Shown here: one piece after another, positions 10,068 through 19,877 of the stretch
Numbering within the stretch: position 1 is the stretch's first letter
Layout: each line of letters starts with the position of its first letter
Assembly: GCA_012798115.1 (NCBI GenBank)
Contig: JAAZNV010000006.1
Coordinates: 91,971-155,970, forward strand
Length of the DNA: 64,000 bases
DNA from: a candidate division WWE3 bacterium
Lineage (GTDB): Bacteria; Patescibacteriota; WWE3; UBA101185; UBA10185
Reading direction: 5' to 3'
The notes under the pieces: model-generated
What the model saw: only the letters and a program-made list of their open reading frames with translations
Database searches by the model: none
Told to the model about the DNA's origin: nothing
Position numbers and translations under genes: made by a program

Positions 10068-10442
10068 TTAAACCCTTCTTCTGTTTTTAGGTCTACACCC
10101 ATTATGTGGAATGGGAGTTTGATCTGAAATTGATACTATATTTAAACCTGCGCTTTTTAGAGCTTTGATGGAAGATATTCTTCCAAGTCCTGGTCCTTTA
10201 ACAAATACTGCAACTTCTCTAATTCCTGCAGCATATGCCAAAGCTCCGGATTGTTCAGCTGCTTTTGTTGCAGCATAAGGAGTAGCTTTTCTTGATCCTT
10301 TAAACCCTGATTTTCCTGAACTTCCTGTAAATAATGTATTACCTTTATCATCGGTAATGGTAACAATAGTATTGTTCATACCTGCAGTAATAAAAGCCTT
10401 TCCACTTGATGTAATTATTTTTTCTTTCTTTTTCTTTGGCAT
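10068..10442 (-). CDS. rpsK: 30S ribosomal protein S11
   Basis: S11 family similarity, C-terminus PIPHNGCRPKNRRRV. Confidence 0.9.
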   Translation of the reverse strand: MPKKKKEKIITSSGKAFITAGMNNTIVTITDDKGNTLFTGSSGKSGFKGSRKATPYAATKAAEQSGALAYAAGIREVAVFVKGPGLGRISSIKALKSAGLNIVSISDQTPIPHNGCRPKNRRRV

Positions 10443-10443
10443 A

Positions 10444-10830
10444 TTATTTCTTAGTTAATTTCTTTTTCATGCCTCCTACAGTTTTCCTTTTACCTTTTCT
10501 TGTTCTAGCATTTGTCCTTGTTCTTTGTCCTCTAACTGGAAGACCTAAGTAATGTCTTAACCCTCTGTAACTTTTAATTTCCTTCAATCTCCTAATGTTT
10601 GCAGAAACTATTCTTCTTAATTCTCCTTCGATTGGTATTTCCAGCTCTGAAATTTTACTGTTTATTGTTGCTATTTCTGCTTCAGTTAAGTCCTTTGCTC
10701 TTGTATCAGGATTTATTTTTGTTTCTCCAAGTATTTTCTTTGATGTAGAAACACCAATACCTTCAATATAAGTAAGGGCTATTTCTACTCTTTTTTCATT
10801 TGGTATGTCTACACCTTTAATACGAGGCAT
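10444..10830 (-). CDS. rpsM: 30S ribosomal protein S13
   Basis: [26 protein letters not shown] is a typical S13 start. Confidence 0.9.
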   Translation of the reverse strand: MPRIKGVDIPNEKRVEIALTYIEGIGVSTSKKILGETKINPDTRAKDLTEAEIATINSKISELEIPIEGELRRIVSANIRRLKEIKSYRGLRHYLGLPVRGQRTRTNARTRKGKRKTVGGMKKKLTKK

Positions 10831-10835
10831 ATTTA

Positions 10836-10952
10836 TTATCCTTGTCTTTGTTTGTGTTTAGGATTTCTTTTACAAATAACCCTAACTACACCTTTCCTTC
10901 TTATTACTTTGCATTCTCTGCAAATTGGTTTCACTGACGACCTAACTTTCAT
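10836..10952 (-). CDS. rpmJ: 50S ribosomal protein L36 (38 aa; absent from the ORF track because it is below the length cutoff)
   Basis: Hand translation of the minus strand gives [38 protein letters not shown], the C-x2-C...C-x4-H L36 signature. Confidence 0.85.
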   Translation of the reverse strand: MKVRSSVKPICRECKVIRRKGVVRVICKRNPKHKQRQG

Positions 10953-10980
10953 ACTTGAAAGATCCTTCTTTCACATTTAA

Positions 10981-11199
10981 TTATTTTAAGCGGAAAGTAA
11001 TTCTACCTCTAGTAAGATCATGAGGAGAGAATTCAACTCTCACTTTATCTCCTACTAAGACTCTTATATGTTGTTTTCTCATTTTTCCTGATATCATAGC
11101 CAAAGCTAATGACTCATCATCAAACTGCACCTTAAACATCCCACTCATAAGAGTTTCTATTACTTTTCCATCTTTTTGTATTACTTCTTTTGTACTCAT
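10981..11199 (-). CDS. infA: translation initiation factor IF-1
   Basis: S1-like OB fold; [30 protein letters not shown]. Confidence 0.9.
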   Translation of the reverse strand: MSTKEVIQKDGKVIETLMSGMFKVQFDDESLALAMISGKMRKQHIRVLVGDKVRVEFSPHDLTRGRITFRLK

Positions 11200-11218
11200 C
11201 GTTTAAACGACGCGCTTG

Positions 11219-11247
11219 ATTGTATCAGAGCAAATATTCAAGGTCAA
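11219..11247 (-). promoter_or_regulatory. candidate sigma70-type promoter for the infA-rpmJ-rpsM-rpsK-rpsD-rpoA-rplQ block
   Basis: Minus strand reads TTGACC-N17-TACAAT, about 20 nt upstream of the infA ATG. Confidence 0.4.
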
Positions 11248-11294
11248 TAACTCTTTGACCTATGGATCATATGTTATCAAACATTGTTGAAAAA

Positions 11295-11345
11295 GCAATA
11301 AAAAAGATCCCCTTCGATATTTCTCCCGAAGGGGTTTGTGTATTT
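11295..11345. terminator. bidirectional intrinsic terminator
   Basis: GC stem CCCCTTCG...CGAAGGGG (11309-11334) with a T-rich tract on the plus strand (TTTGTGTATTT) and an A-run on the other side (T-run on the minus strand). Confidence 0.6.
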
Positions 11346-11374
11346 CATAAATAACTTAGATCGAATCTTGTTAT

Positions 11375-11854
11375 TTATACGAAAATATCAGGGTTTGCTT
11401 CTACATACCTAGATAGCCATTTTAATATCTCTGTTGATATATCTTCTTCCTTTATGACTTCATAGAGTACGTCTTGCTGCACAATTCTACTTTCATCTTT
11501 AAGCACAAAAATTGGTCCGTTTATTCCCATGAAAAGGTCTATGGAAATATCTTCCTGGTTTGCATAGTTTTTGCTTCTAATACCAAAACTCTGGCCGTAG
11601 ACTCTGGGGTAGGATACCAAAGTTGAAAATTCAGGAGACACTTCATCTGGAAAGATCACCGTTATTGGATTTATCTCTTGAACCAGAGTCCTTTCGTATT
11701 CTTTAAGTAAGGAGAGAACATCTCTCTGATGAAACCAGACCTCTTTGGTATTAACCTTCATATGCTTTACGATTTCTTTTAGCAGATTACAAGCTGGTGA
11801 GGACCAAGTACTTAAAGAGCTAACAACTGTATCTATCTGCAGCTGTTTATTCAT
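11375..11854 (-). CDS. hypothetical protein (no recognisable domain)
   Basis: 159-aa ORF between the infA promoter region and serS; followed on its own strand by the 11309-11334 hairpin plus T-run. Confidence 0.5.
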   Translation of the reverse strand: MNKQLQIDTVVSSLSTWSSPACNLLKEIVKHMKVNTKEVWFHQRDVLSLLKEYERTLVQEINPITVIFPDEVSPEFSTLVSYPRVYGQSFGIRSKNYANQEDISIDLFMGINGPIFVLKDESRIVQQDVLYEVIKEEDISTEILKWLSRYVEANPDIFV

Positions 11855-12047
11855 CTTCTCTTCGTTTTTCTATATTTCGGATTTTTCTTTTTCTTTTAAT
11901 CCCTTTTGAATCGCTTCTTCAACACGCTCTGATAGGTTCATTTTTTCTCCTTTTATAGTTTATTGATCAGGATCCTACTACAGAGTTGTTGAAGTATCAA
12001 ATCAATATATTGAGAGCTAAATAAAATCAGGATATACTCTAGGAGAC

Positions 12048-13316
12048 GTGTTAGATATTAACTATATAAAAGAAAATAAAGAAAAGGTAAAAAAAGCTAT
12101 CATTGATAAAAGATTAGACGGGACTATTGATATAGACAAACTTCTAAAAGTGTACGAAGAATATCTTTCTTTGTTAAAGAAAGTTGAAATAGAAAGAAGC
12201 AATAGAAATAAAATATCTGAAGAAGTTGCTAAAGCTAAACCTTCTGAGAAGGAAAAATTTATTCAAGAAGCAAAGGTAATAAAAGATGTACTTCAAAGGA
12301 TGGAAAAAGAGTTAGAAGAATTGAAGTCTAGATTGGACAATATGTTGCTTTGGGTTCCTAATGTTCCTGCTGATGATGTACCTGTTGGGAAGGATGAAAC
12401 AGGAAATGTTGAAATTAAGAAGGTTGGGAAGATAAAAGACTTTAAATTTGAACCTAAAGATCATGTAGAATTGGGGAAATTACTAGATATTATTGATATC
12501 GATAGGGGAGCAAAGATTGCAGGGTTTAGAGGGTATTTTTTAAAAAACGAAGGGGCTATTCTTGAACAAGCAATATTAAGATATGCATTTGAATATATGA
12601 TCAAGCAAGGTTTTACCTTCATGAGTGTTCCTTGGATGGTAAATCCTGGTTTTTTTACCGGAACAGGGTATTTCCCTTGGGGGGAAAATGATCATTATAG
12701 AGTGGATGATAAAGCATTAATTGGAACTGCAGAAGTATCTTTAACTTCATATTATGCAGGTGAGACGTTAGAAGAAAAAGACCTTCCAGTAAAACTTGTT
12801 GCATTAAGCCCTTGCTTTAGGAAAGAGATTGGAGCTTATGGGAAAGATACTAAAGGAATATTTAGACTTCATCAGTTTTATAAAGTGGAACAAGTTGTTC
12901 TTTGTGAAGCAAGTGAAGACACATCAAGAAAGTGGCATGAACAAATGCTTGGTTTTTCAGAATCAATTCTTGAAGGTTTAAGTCTCCCATATCGTGTACT
13001 TCTTATGTGTACTGGGGATATCGGAGCAGGGCAAAGGAAAAAATATGATATTGAGACTTGGTTTCCTTCTCAAAAAATATACAGAGAAACTCACTCTGAC
13101 TCATACTTTTTAGATTTTCAATCAAGAAGACTAAATATTAAATACAAAGCAAAGGATGGAAGTTTAAAATATGTTCATACGTTAAACAATACAGTAGCTG
13201 CTACTCCAAGGCTTCTTGCGGCAGTTATGGAAAACTATCAAAAGAAAGATGGATCTATTGAAATTCCTAAAGTATTAAGAAAGTATACAGGTTTTAAGAA
13301 GATAGTACCTAAATAG
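12048..13316 (+). CDS. serS: seryl-tRNA synthetase
   Basis: N-terminal coiled-coil MLDINYIKENKEKV; class II core (motif 2/3 region FRKEIGAYGKDTKGIFRLHQF); GTG start preceded by AGGAG. Confidence 0.9.
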   Translation: MLDINYIKENKEKVKKAIIDKRLDGTIDIDKLLKVYEEYLSLLKKVEIERSNRNKISEEVAKAKPSEKEKFIQEAKVIKDVLQRMEKELEELKSRLDNMLLWVPNVPADDVPVGKDETGNVEIKKVGKIKDFKFEPKDHVELGKLLDIIDIDRGAKIAGFRGYFLKNEGAILEQAILRYAFEYMIKQGFTFMSVPWMVNPGFFTGTGYFPWGENDHYRVDDKALIGTAEVSLTSYYAGETLEEKDLPVKLVALSPCFRKEIGAYGKDTKGIFRLHQFYKVEQVVLCEASEDTSRKWHEQMLGFSESILEGLSLPYRVLLMCTGDIGAGQRKKYDIETWFPSQKIYRETHSDSYFLDFQSRRLNIKYKAKDGSLKYVHTLNNTVAATPRLLAAVMENYQKKDGSIEIPKVLRKYTGFKKIVPK

Positions 13317-13337
13317 ATTTATGTTAGGATTTATTTA

Positions 13338-14030
13338 ATGAGCATATTTGAAGGACTGAAAATGCCAAGAGTAATCTATGAGGTTGAGTCTAAATACAAT
13401 GGAAATGTTAAGGTAGTTGAGGTTGGCAGTACAAGAAAGATTTTAGTAGATGATGTTTCTCAATCAATAAGTTGTAACTCACCAAGTATTTCAAAGCTTT
13501 ATTGGGGTCAGCTCGTAGACTCTTTAAAGGAGAAGTCTCCTGATGTTAAAAATGTTTTAATACTTGGGCTTGGAGGAGGCACCCTTGTTCATTTAATATC
13601 TAAAAATTTTCCGGAGGCCAAGATTACAAGTGTAGAGTGGGATCCTGTGATGGTTGATATTGCTAAGAAATATTTTAACTTAGATTCTGTTCATGAACAT
13701 AGAGTGATTATAGATGATGCTTTGAAAGTAATAGTGGAGCCAGAAGAATATAATATTCCACTAGGGAGCTTTGATGTTTTAATAGTAGATATTTTAAATG
13801 GGAGTGCATACCCAGATCTTGGAAAGACAGGAAATTTTATTGCAGCTTTAAAGAAGCTTGTTTCCCCTAATGGTTTAATAATCTTTAATAGAATATATAC
13901 GGAAGACTACCAAGATGATGTTAACTTATTTATTGATTACGTTGAAAGTTTCCTTGGCGAAACCGAATTAGAAGTAGTTGCAGGTTATACTAACTCGGAT
14001 AACATTTTGATATTTGGGAAGGTAAAATGA
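13338..14030 (+). CDS. spermidine-synthase-like class I SAM-dependent methyltransferase-fold protein
   Basis: VLILGLGGGTLVHLI Rossmann motif and a following acidic residue pattern resembling the spermine/spermidine synthase family. Confidence 0.5.
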   Translation: MSIFEGLKMPRVIYEVESKYNGNVKVVEVGSTRKILVDDVSQSISCNSPSISKLYWGQLVDSLKEKSPDVKNVLILGLGGGTLVHLISKNFPEAKITSVEWDPVMVDIAKKYFNLDSVHEHRVIIDDALKVIVEPEEYNIPLGSFDVLIVDILNGSAYPDLGKTGNFIAALKKLVSPNGLIIFNRIYTEDYQDDVNLFIDYVESFLGETELEVVAGYTNSDNILIFGKVK

Positions 14031-14034
14031 GCTT

Positions 14035-14853
14035 ATGAGCATATTCAGATCCTTAGTATTGGGAGTAATACAAGGTTTTACAGAATTCCTGCCAATTTCA
14101 TCTTCAGCTCATTTGATTGTATTTAGATCATTGTCTGGCTGGGAAGAAATGCCTTTAGTTTTTGATACTACTCTTCATTTAGCTACTGCGTTATCTTTGA
14201 TTGTTTGCTTTTGGAACGATTTAAAGGTGATTACCTCATCTTTTTTCAAAGACGTTTTTTCTTCGCATAGTATTAAACTAAAAGAATACTCTTCTAACTC
14301 TCTTCTTGGGTTAAAAATTATTGTTGGGTCTATTCCTGTTGGTTTGGCTGGATTTTTCTTTGGAGATTTAATTGAAGCTAAGTATAGAAATCTTCTTCTT
14401 GTCTCCTTCTTCTTAATAACTGGAAGTATTTTAATGTATTTAGGGGAAAAGAAATTTGAGAAAAGACTTTTTATTAAAGATGATATTTCATTAAGGAAGA
14501 GTTTTGATGTTGGATTGTTTCAGGTTTTGTCTTTGTTTCCAGGAGTATCTAGATCTGGATCTACAATCTCAGGAGGTATGATTTTTGGGTTAAATAGGAA
14601 AGAAGCAACAAGATTTTCTTTTTTGCTTTCTATTCCTATTGTAGTCATAGCTGGAGTTTTTCAGTTGCTTCATTCTTATAGACTCTTATCTTTAATTAAT
14701 CCGTTGTGCTTATTAGTAGGTTTTGTATCCAGCTTTCTAGTTGGAATTTTGTGCATTAAGTTTTTGTTAAAGTTTGTACAAACAAATAATTTATATCCTT
14801 TTATTATTTATAGACTGATTCTAGCTGGAGTCATTTTACTAGTCTTAGTTTAA
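14035..14853 (+). CDS. uppP: undecaprenyl-diphosphate phosphatase
   Basis: BacA/UppP start MSIFRSLVLGVIQGFTEFLPISSSAHL; 8 TM. Confidence 0.85.
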   Translation: MSIFRSLVLGVIQGFTEFLPISSSAHLIVFRSLSGWEEMPLVFDTTLHLATALSLIVCFWNDLKVITSSFFKDVFSSHSIKLKEYSSNSLLGLKIIVGSIPVGLAGFFFGDLIEAKYRNLLLVSFFLITGSILMYLGEKKFEKRLFIKDDISLRKSFDVGLFQVLSLFPGVSRSGSTISGGMIFGLNRKEATRFSFLLSIPIVVIAGVFQLLHSYRLLSLINPLCLLVGFVSSFLVGILCIKFLLKFVQTNNLYPFIIYRLILAGVILLVLV

Positions 14854-14895
14854 TCTTCTTGTTTATTAATCATGTAAGTTCCAACAAATTTCTAA

Positions 14896-14904
14896 TGTTA
14901 TAAT
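14896..14904 (+). promoter_or_regulatory. extended -10 element (TGtTATAAT) 9 nt upstream of the secA ATG
   Basis: TGTTATAAT at 14896-14904 with no Shine-Dalgarno; the ATG at 14914 would be the approximate transcription start. Confidence 0.35.
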
Positions 14905-14913
14905 CATTTTGAT

Positions 14914-17466
14914 ATGTTTGGTGGTATTTTTGATTCTAATGAAAAACAAATAAAAAAGCTTAAACCTCTTTTAGATAAAGTTAATGGTTTTGAAGAATCT
15001 GTAAAAAAATTAACTTCAGAACAAATAAAAGAAAAAACAAACTATTGGAAAGAAGAATTAAAGAGACTAAGTGATGAAGAAAAAGAAAAATATTTAGATA
15101 ATATTCTTCCAGAAGCTTATGCTCTTGTTAGGGAATCTGCGCTTAGAACATTAAATCAAAGACATTTTGATGTTCAAATATTAGCTGGGATTGTACTTCA
15201 TCAAGGAAAAATTGCAGAACAAAAAACAGGAGAAGGAAAGACTTTAACAGCTACTCTTCCTTTGTATCTTAATTCATTAACTGGAAGTGGGGTTTCTCTT
15301 ATTACTCCAAATGATTATCTTGCAAGGCATGGAGCTGGTTGGATGGGTTCTGTTTATAACTATTTAGGAGTTAGTGTTGGGGTAATAATGCAAGAAAGAG
15401 CTTTTGTATTTGATCCTAACTTTGAAGGCAATGAATTTGAAGATTCTTATTCTATTCATTTAAGGGAAGTTTCAAGACAGCAAGCTTATCAATGTGATGT
15501 TATATATGGAACTAATTATGAGTTTGGATTTGATTATTTAAGAGATAACATGGTGGGAAGGTTAAAAGATATGGTTCAAACCAACCCTAATGGTGACTGG
15601 GGAGTGCATAATTTTGCAATTGTCGATGAAGTTGATTCCATCTTAATTGATGTAGCTAGAACCCCACTTATTATATCTGCAGCAGACCAAAAACCTAGTG
15701 AAAGGTATCACCAATCAAATACTATTGTTAAATCCCTTATTAAAGATACTGATTATGAGCTTGATGAAAAGTATAGAAATGTAACATTGACTGATCTTGG
15801 AATAAGAAGGGTAGAAAGGCTTTTAGGAATAGATAATCTTTATGAACAAGATTTTGAAATGGTTCATTTAATTGAACAAGCATTAGCTGCAAATACTTTG
15901 TATGAAAAAGATAGGGATTATGTTGTTAAAAATGGAGCTGTTGTTATTGTTGACCAGTTTACTGGGAGACTTCTCCCAAACAATAGATTTTCGCATGGAC
16001 TTCATCAAGCTATAGAAGCTAAAGAGGGTGTAGTCATACAGCAAGAATCAAAGACTCTAGCTGAAATTTCGTACCAAAACTACTTTAGGATGTATAAAAA
16101 GCTTGCTGGAATGACTGGTACTGCAGCTACAGAGTCAGAAGAATTTTTTAAGATTTACAAATTAGAAGTTGTAGTAATACCAACCAACAAGGAATGTATA
16201 AGGAAAGATGATAATGATGTTATATACAAGACAGAAGCTGGAAAATTTAAGGCAGTTGCTGATGAAATAGAAGCAAGGCATAAAAAAGGACAACCTGTTC
16301 TTGTTGGTACTACGTCAGTTGATAAGAGTGAACTTCTTCATAGTTTTCTCCAAAGAAGAGCTATTTCTCATGAAATATTAAATGCTAAAAACCATGAAAA
16401 GGAAGCTTTAATTATTGCTCAAGCTGGGAGACTTGGTGCTGTTACTATTTCTACTAATATGGCTGGTAGAGGAGTAGACATTTTACTTGGTGGCGATCCT
16501 CAAGATCCAGAAGAACAAAAGAAAGTTTTAAATGCTGGAGGACTTTGCGTACTTGGAACTGAAAGACACGAGTCAAGAAGAATTGATAATCAATTAAGAG
16601 GAAGATCTGGAAGGCAAGGAGATCCAGGAGAATCAAAGTTTTTTGTTTCACTTCAAGATGACTTGATGAGAATATTTGGTGGGGAGTCTGTTTCTAGAAT
16701 AATGGACAAATTTGGTATTGATGAAAATATTCCTCTTGAAGCAGGAATGGTTTCAAAAGCAATTGAAAATGCTCAAAAGAGAGTAGAAGGGTTTAACTTT
16801 GATAGAAGAAAACAACTAGTTGAAATGGATGACATAATGAACACTCATAGGGAAGTTGTTTATAAAATTAGGAGAAGAATATTAGAGTTAGGAGAAGGAA
16901 AGGAAGAAAACAAAGAGTGGGTAGTAGAAAAGTTATCTGAGTTTTCAGGATTAAGTGAGGATGAATGGGTTAAGAAAGAAAATGAATTTGAAAAAGAAAC
17001 ATGGTTGCAAATTGTTAGTGGTTTTAGTCTTCCAGTTATTGACTTTCTATGGATGGATCATCTTGTTGATATGGATCAAGTTAGAGAAGGAATTGGTTTA
17101 AGAGGGTATGCTCAGAGGGATCCAATGGTTGAGTATAAAAAGGAAGGACATGAAAGATTTGAAATTCTTGTCTCTAAGATTTATGCAATGGTTGGAGAAA
17201 GACTTTTATCTGTTTCTAAGAATGCTCAAGTTAAGAGAGAAGAAATGCAACAAAAAAATATTACTTATCATCATGGGGAGTTAGAAACTGGTGTTTCTCA
17301 AGAAGGAAAAGAAATAGAAAGAAACATTGTGGATGATACTGGAAGAAAAATAAGAGTTGAAAAAGTTGAGTCCGGAAAGGAAAAGATTGGGAGAAATGAT
17401 CCTTGTCCTTGTGGAAGTGGAAAGAAGTATAAGAATTGTCATGGGAGAACACCTAACATTGTTTAG
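14914..17466 (+). CDS. secA: preprotein translocase ATPase SecA
   Basis: DEAD-like motor, preprotein cross-linking domain, C-terminal zinc finger CPCGSGKKYKNCHG. Confidence 0.95.
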   Translation: MFGGIFDSNEKQIKKLKPLLDKVNGFEESVKKLTSEQIKEKTNYWKEELKRLSDEEKEKYLDNILPEAYALVRESALRTLNQRHFDVQILAGIVLHQGKIAEQKTGEGKTLTATLPLYLNSLTGSGVSLITPNDYLARHGAGWMGSVYNYLGVSVGVIMQERAFVFDPNFEGNEFEDSYSIHLREVSRQQAYQCDVIYGTNYEFGFDYLRDNMVGRLKDMVQTNPNGDWGVHNFAIVDEVDSILIDVARTPLIISAADQKPSERYHQSNTIVKSLIKDTDYELDEKYRNVTLTDLGIRRVERLLGIDNLYEQDFEMVHLIEQALAANTLYEKDRDYVVKNGAVVIVDQFTGRLLPNNRFSHGLHQAIEAKEGVVIQQESKTLAEISYQNYFRMYKKLAGMTGTAATESEEFFKIYKLEVVVIPTNKECIRKDDNDVIYKTEAGKFKAVADEIEARHKKGQPVLVGTTSVDKSELLHSFLQRRAISHEILNAKNHEKEALIIAQAGRLGAVTISTNMAGRGVDILLGGDPQDPEEQKKVLNAGGLCVLGTERHESRRIDNQLRGRSGRQGDPGESKFFVSLQDDLMRIFGGESVSRIMDKFGIDENIPLEAGMVSKAIENAQKRVEGFNFDRRKQLVEMDDIMNTHREVVYKIRRRILELGEGKEENKEWVVEKLSEFSGLSEDEWVKKENEFEKETWLQIVSGFSLPVIDFLWMDHLVDMDQVREGIGLRGYAQRDPMVEYKKEGHERFEILVSKIYAMVGERLLSVSKNAQVKREEMQQKNITYHHGELETGVSQEGKEIERNIVDDTGRKIRVEKVESGKEKIGRNDPCPCGSGKKYKNCHGRTPNIV

Positions 17467-17475
17467 CAAGGTTGC

Positions 17476-19092
17476 TTACTTGTTAAGTATTTTGTTCAAA
17501 TAAGTTTGACACAACTGATTGGTTGGATCTGCATCTAAGCATTTTTGGAAATATTCTGTGGCTTTATCATAGTTTTCTTCAAAGTAGTAAATCTCTCCTA
17601 GTTTAAAAGATGATTGATATAGTCTTGGATTCATATCTGTTGCTTGTGCTAAGTATTTTTTAGCTTTCTCAATATTGCCTATTTGACTGTATATATAGCC
17701 GATATTATGTACTGCATCTGCATAATCCGGCTTTAATGCTACTGATCTTTTAAAATTTTCCAGTGCCAGTTCGTAGTTTTTCTCTTCTGCATATACATCT
17801 CCAAGATTATTATAGACTCTATAGCTATATGGGGCTGTTTTTCTTGTTGCAAACCAAAGGTTCTTGCTATTTTTAAGATCGTTGTTTCTAATAACAGTTC
17901 TTATAGAAAAGAATGTTAACAATACAATTGTAAAAATAATAGAAAGGTTTTTTGTCTTATATTTATCTTCTGCTTTTAGTATTAATATACCTACCATTGC
18001 AGAGTAGAAAGCTGAAGCTATGTACAAATATCTTTCTGCTGCTGTCCATGCAATTATTATTGGGCTAAAACTAGGGAGTATGGAAAATATAATGATCATC
18101 ATTAGACCTGCAACGACTCTATCTTTTTTCCATAAGTATATTGTTAAAGAAATGATTGCTATGGTTATTATGACCATAAAAGCATATTCTACATTTCCTA
18201 AAACTTTTCCTTCATGATATATACTAAGCTCCATGGGGAAGGCTAGTAACTTGTATTCCATATAAATTGTATATGGAATTCTGTTTATGAGAGGAGTAGA
18301 AGTTTCTTCTTTAACATAATAAAGAGTTTGAAGTTCCTGAACTCTTTGCTTAAAAAACCCTGGAATAAGAATAGCAGCAAATATTAAGGATATTATTGCA
18401 TATGGAACGTACATTTTAATGTTTTTCCATGTTATTTTCTCTTCAAGCACAAATTGATCTAAGAGTATTAATATCACTGGTGTTACAAATAACCAACCAG
18501 AACTCCTGAAGAAGAGCATACCAACAAGGAATATCAACGATGAGTATAAAAGACAATACTTATTTTTTGACTTTTTGTATATTGCATAAAAAAGGAGCGT
18601 ACCAAAGATAAATATTCCTCTAATTAGATAAGGATAACCTGATATCCAACCTACAGCTTCAGTGTTAACAGGATGAGTGATAAATAAGGCTGTAGCTATT
18701 AAGGACACTTTCCTTCCAAATAAAACGTACATGAGCAAAAAGACTAAGATACTGTTTATGCAATGCATAATGATTGCAGCTACATGATAAGCAGTTGGGT
18801 TTAATCCGAAGATCTTAAAAATAACTACCTTGTATAAGTTGTATCCTTCCATACTTTTAATTGCTGCAGATATGTTTCCTATGTTTGGATCGTTAACTAT
18901 TCCACTTATATCATCAAGGTTTAAAAACTTTCCATTTATTAAATTTGCATATATGAGGAAGCAGGACAATATAATTGCTATTAAAAGGATTATATTTGCT
19001 TTTAAAAATCTAATAAGATCTTTCATTCCACCTATTTCAGTACCTAGATTTTCTATGGTAATTTGTTTCTTTTGTTTGTTATTATTTTTCAT
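17476..19092 (-). CDS. polytopic membrane protein with C-terminal TPR repeats (PMT/TMTC-like GT-C architecture)
   Basis: About 10 TM in the N-terminal 400 aa; the C-terminal ~130 aa contain 3-4 TPR repeats (YNNLGDVYAEEKNYELALENFKRSVALKPDYADAVHNIGYIY). Confidence 0.6.
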   Translation of the reverse strand: MKNNNKQKKQITIENLGTEIGGMKDLIRFLKANIILLIAIILSCFLIYANLINGKFLNLDDISGIVNDPNIGNISAAIKSMEGYNLYKVVIFKIFGLNPTAYHVAAIIMHCINSILVFLLMYVLFGRKVSLIATALFITHPVNTEAVGWISGYPYLIRGIFIFGTLLFYAIYKKSKNKYCLLYSSLIFLVGMLFFRSSGWLFVTPVILILLDQFVLEEKITWKNIKMYVPYAIISLIFAAILIPGFFKQRVQELQTLYYVKEETSTPLINRIPYTIYMEYKLLAFPMELSIYHEGKVLGNVEYAFMVIITIAIISLTIYLWKKDRVVAGLMMIIIFSILPSFSPIIIAWTAAERYLYIASAFYSAMVGILILKAEDKYKTKNLSIIFTIVLLTFFSIRTVIRNNDLKNSKNLWFATRKTAPYSYRVYNNLGDVYAEEKNYELALENFKRSVALKPDYADAVHNIGYIYSQIGNIEKAKKYLAQATDMNPRLYQSSFKLGEIYYFEENYDKATEYFQKCLDADPTNQLCQTYLNKILNK

Positions 19093-19150
19093 GTTGCTTA
19101 TTTACTTATATTGTATAGTTTAACTGATTATACTGTTATTATATAAAGTT

Positions 19151-19696
19151 ATGAAAGTAAAAGAGTTAATTGTTGAGATTATTGAGTCTCTTGTAGTATC
19201 TTTTATAGTAATAATGCTTATTTACATGCTTGTTGCTTCTGTTGAAGTTGTTGTTGGCCCAAGTATGGAGCCTAACTTTTACTCTGGGGAAAGAATCTTA
19301 GTTGATAGAATAACAAAGAAGCTGTTTCCCTTAAAAAGGGGAGAAATAGTTGTCTTTTTTCCACCAAATGATAATGAAAGTCACTATATTAAAAGAATAG
19401 TAGGTATGCCTGGGGATATATTTAAGATAATAGATTGTGGCGTTGTTATATCTAAAGACGGTGAAAGGTTTAAGTTAGATGAATCTTACTTGGGCGAAGG
19501 TACTTGTACTGAAGGTAATATAAAGATAAGAGAAGGGCATTCTATTAGAATAGAAGATAACCAATATGCTCTTTTAGGAGACAACCGCGAGGAATCTCTT
19601 GATTCAAGGATCTTAGGTTTTGTTGATAAGAAAAGGATCATAGGAAGGGTAGTATTTAGGTTTTGGCCGTTGAATAAGGTAGGTTTTGTGAATTAG
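19151..19696 (+). CDS. lepB: bacterial-type (S26A) signal peptidase I
   Basis: Catalytic GPSMEPNF box, KRIVGMPGD, GDNREESLDSR. Confidence 0.85.
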   Translation: MKVKELIVEIIESLVVSFIVIMLIYMLVASVEVVVGPSMEPNFYSGERILVDRITKKLFPLKRGEIVVFFPPNDNESHYIKRIVGMPGDIFKIIDCGVVISKDGERFKLDESYLGEGTCTEGNIKIREGHSIRIEDNQYALLGDNREESLDSRILGFVDKKRIIGRVVFRFWPLNKVGFVN

Positions 19697-19877
19697 ATGT
19701 TGACAGCCTGTACTTATTATGATAGCCTTCACGCTGTTCCAAAAAAACGGGCAGCTAAAATAAGAATTTAAATTTACCCTTAAGGGATGGGGGTATCTTT
19801 AGTTACATTAGGGAGAAGACTGTTAAAAATTAAATAAGTGTAGTAAAATTGTAAGCTGGATCTTTTTACATAAATTA

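Noticed and set aside
10157-10366. 69-aa ORF in an alternative frame inside rpsK
   Set aside because: Overlaps a conserved ribosomal gene in another frame, so it is spurious.
19697-19877. TTGACA hexamer at 19706 as an rpoB promoter
   Set aside because: No acceptable -10 at 16-18 nt spacing (TAGCCT at best), so it is too weak to call.
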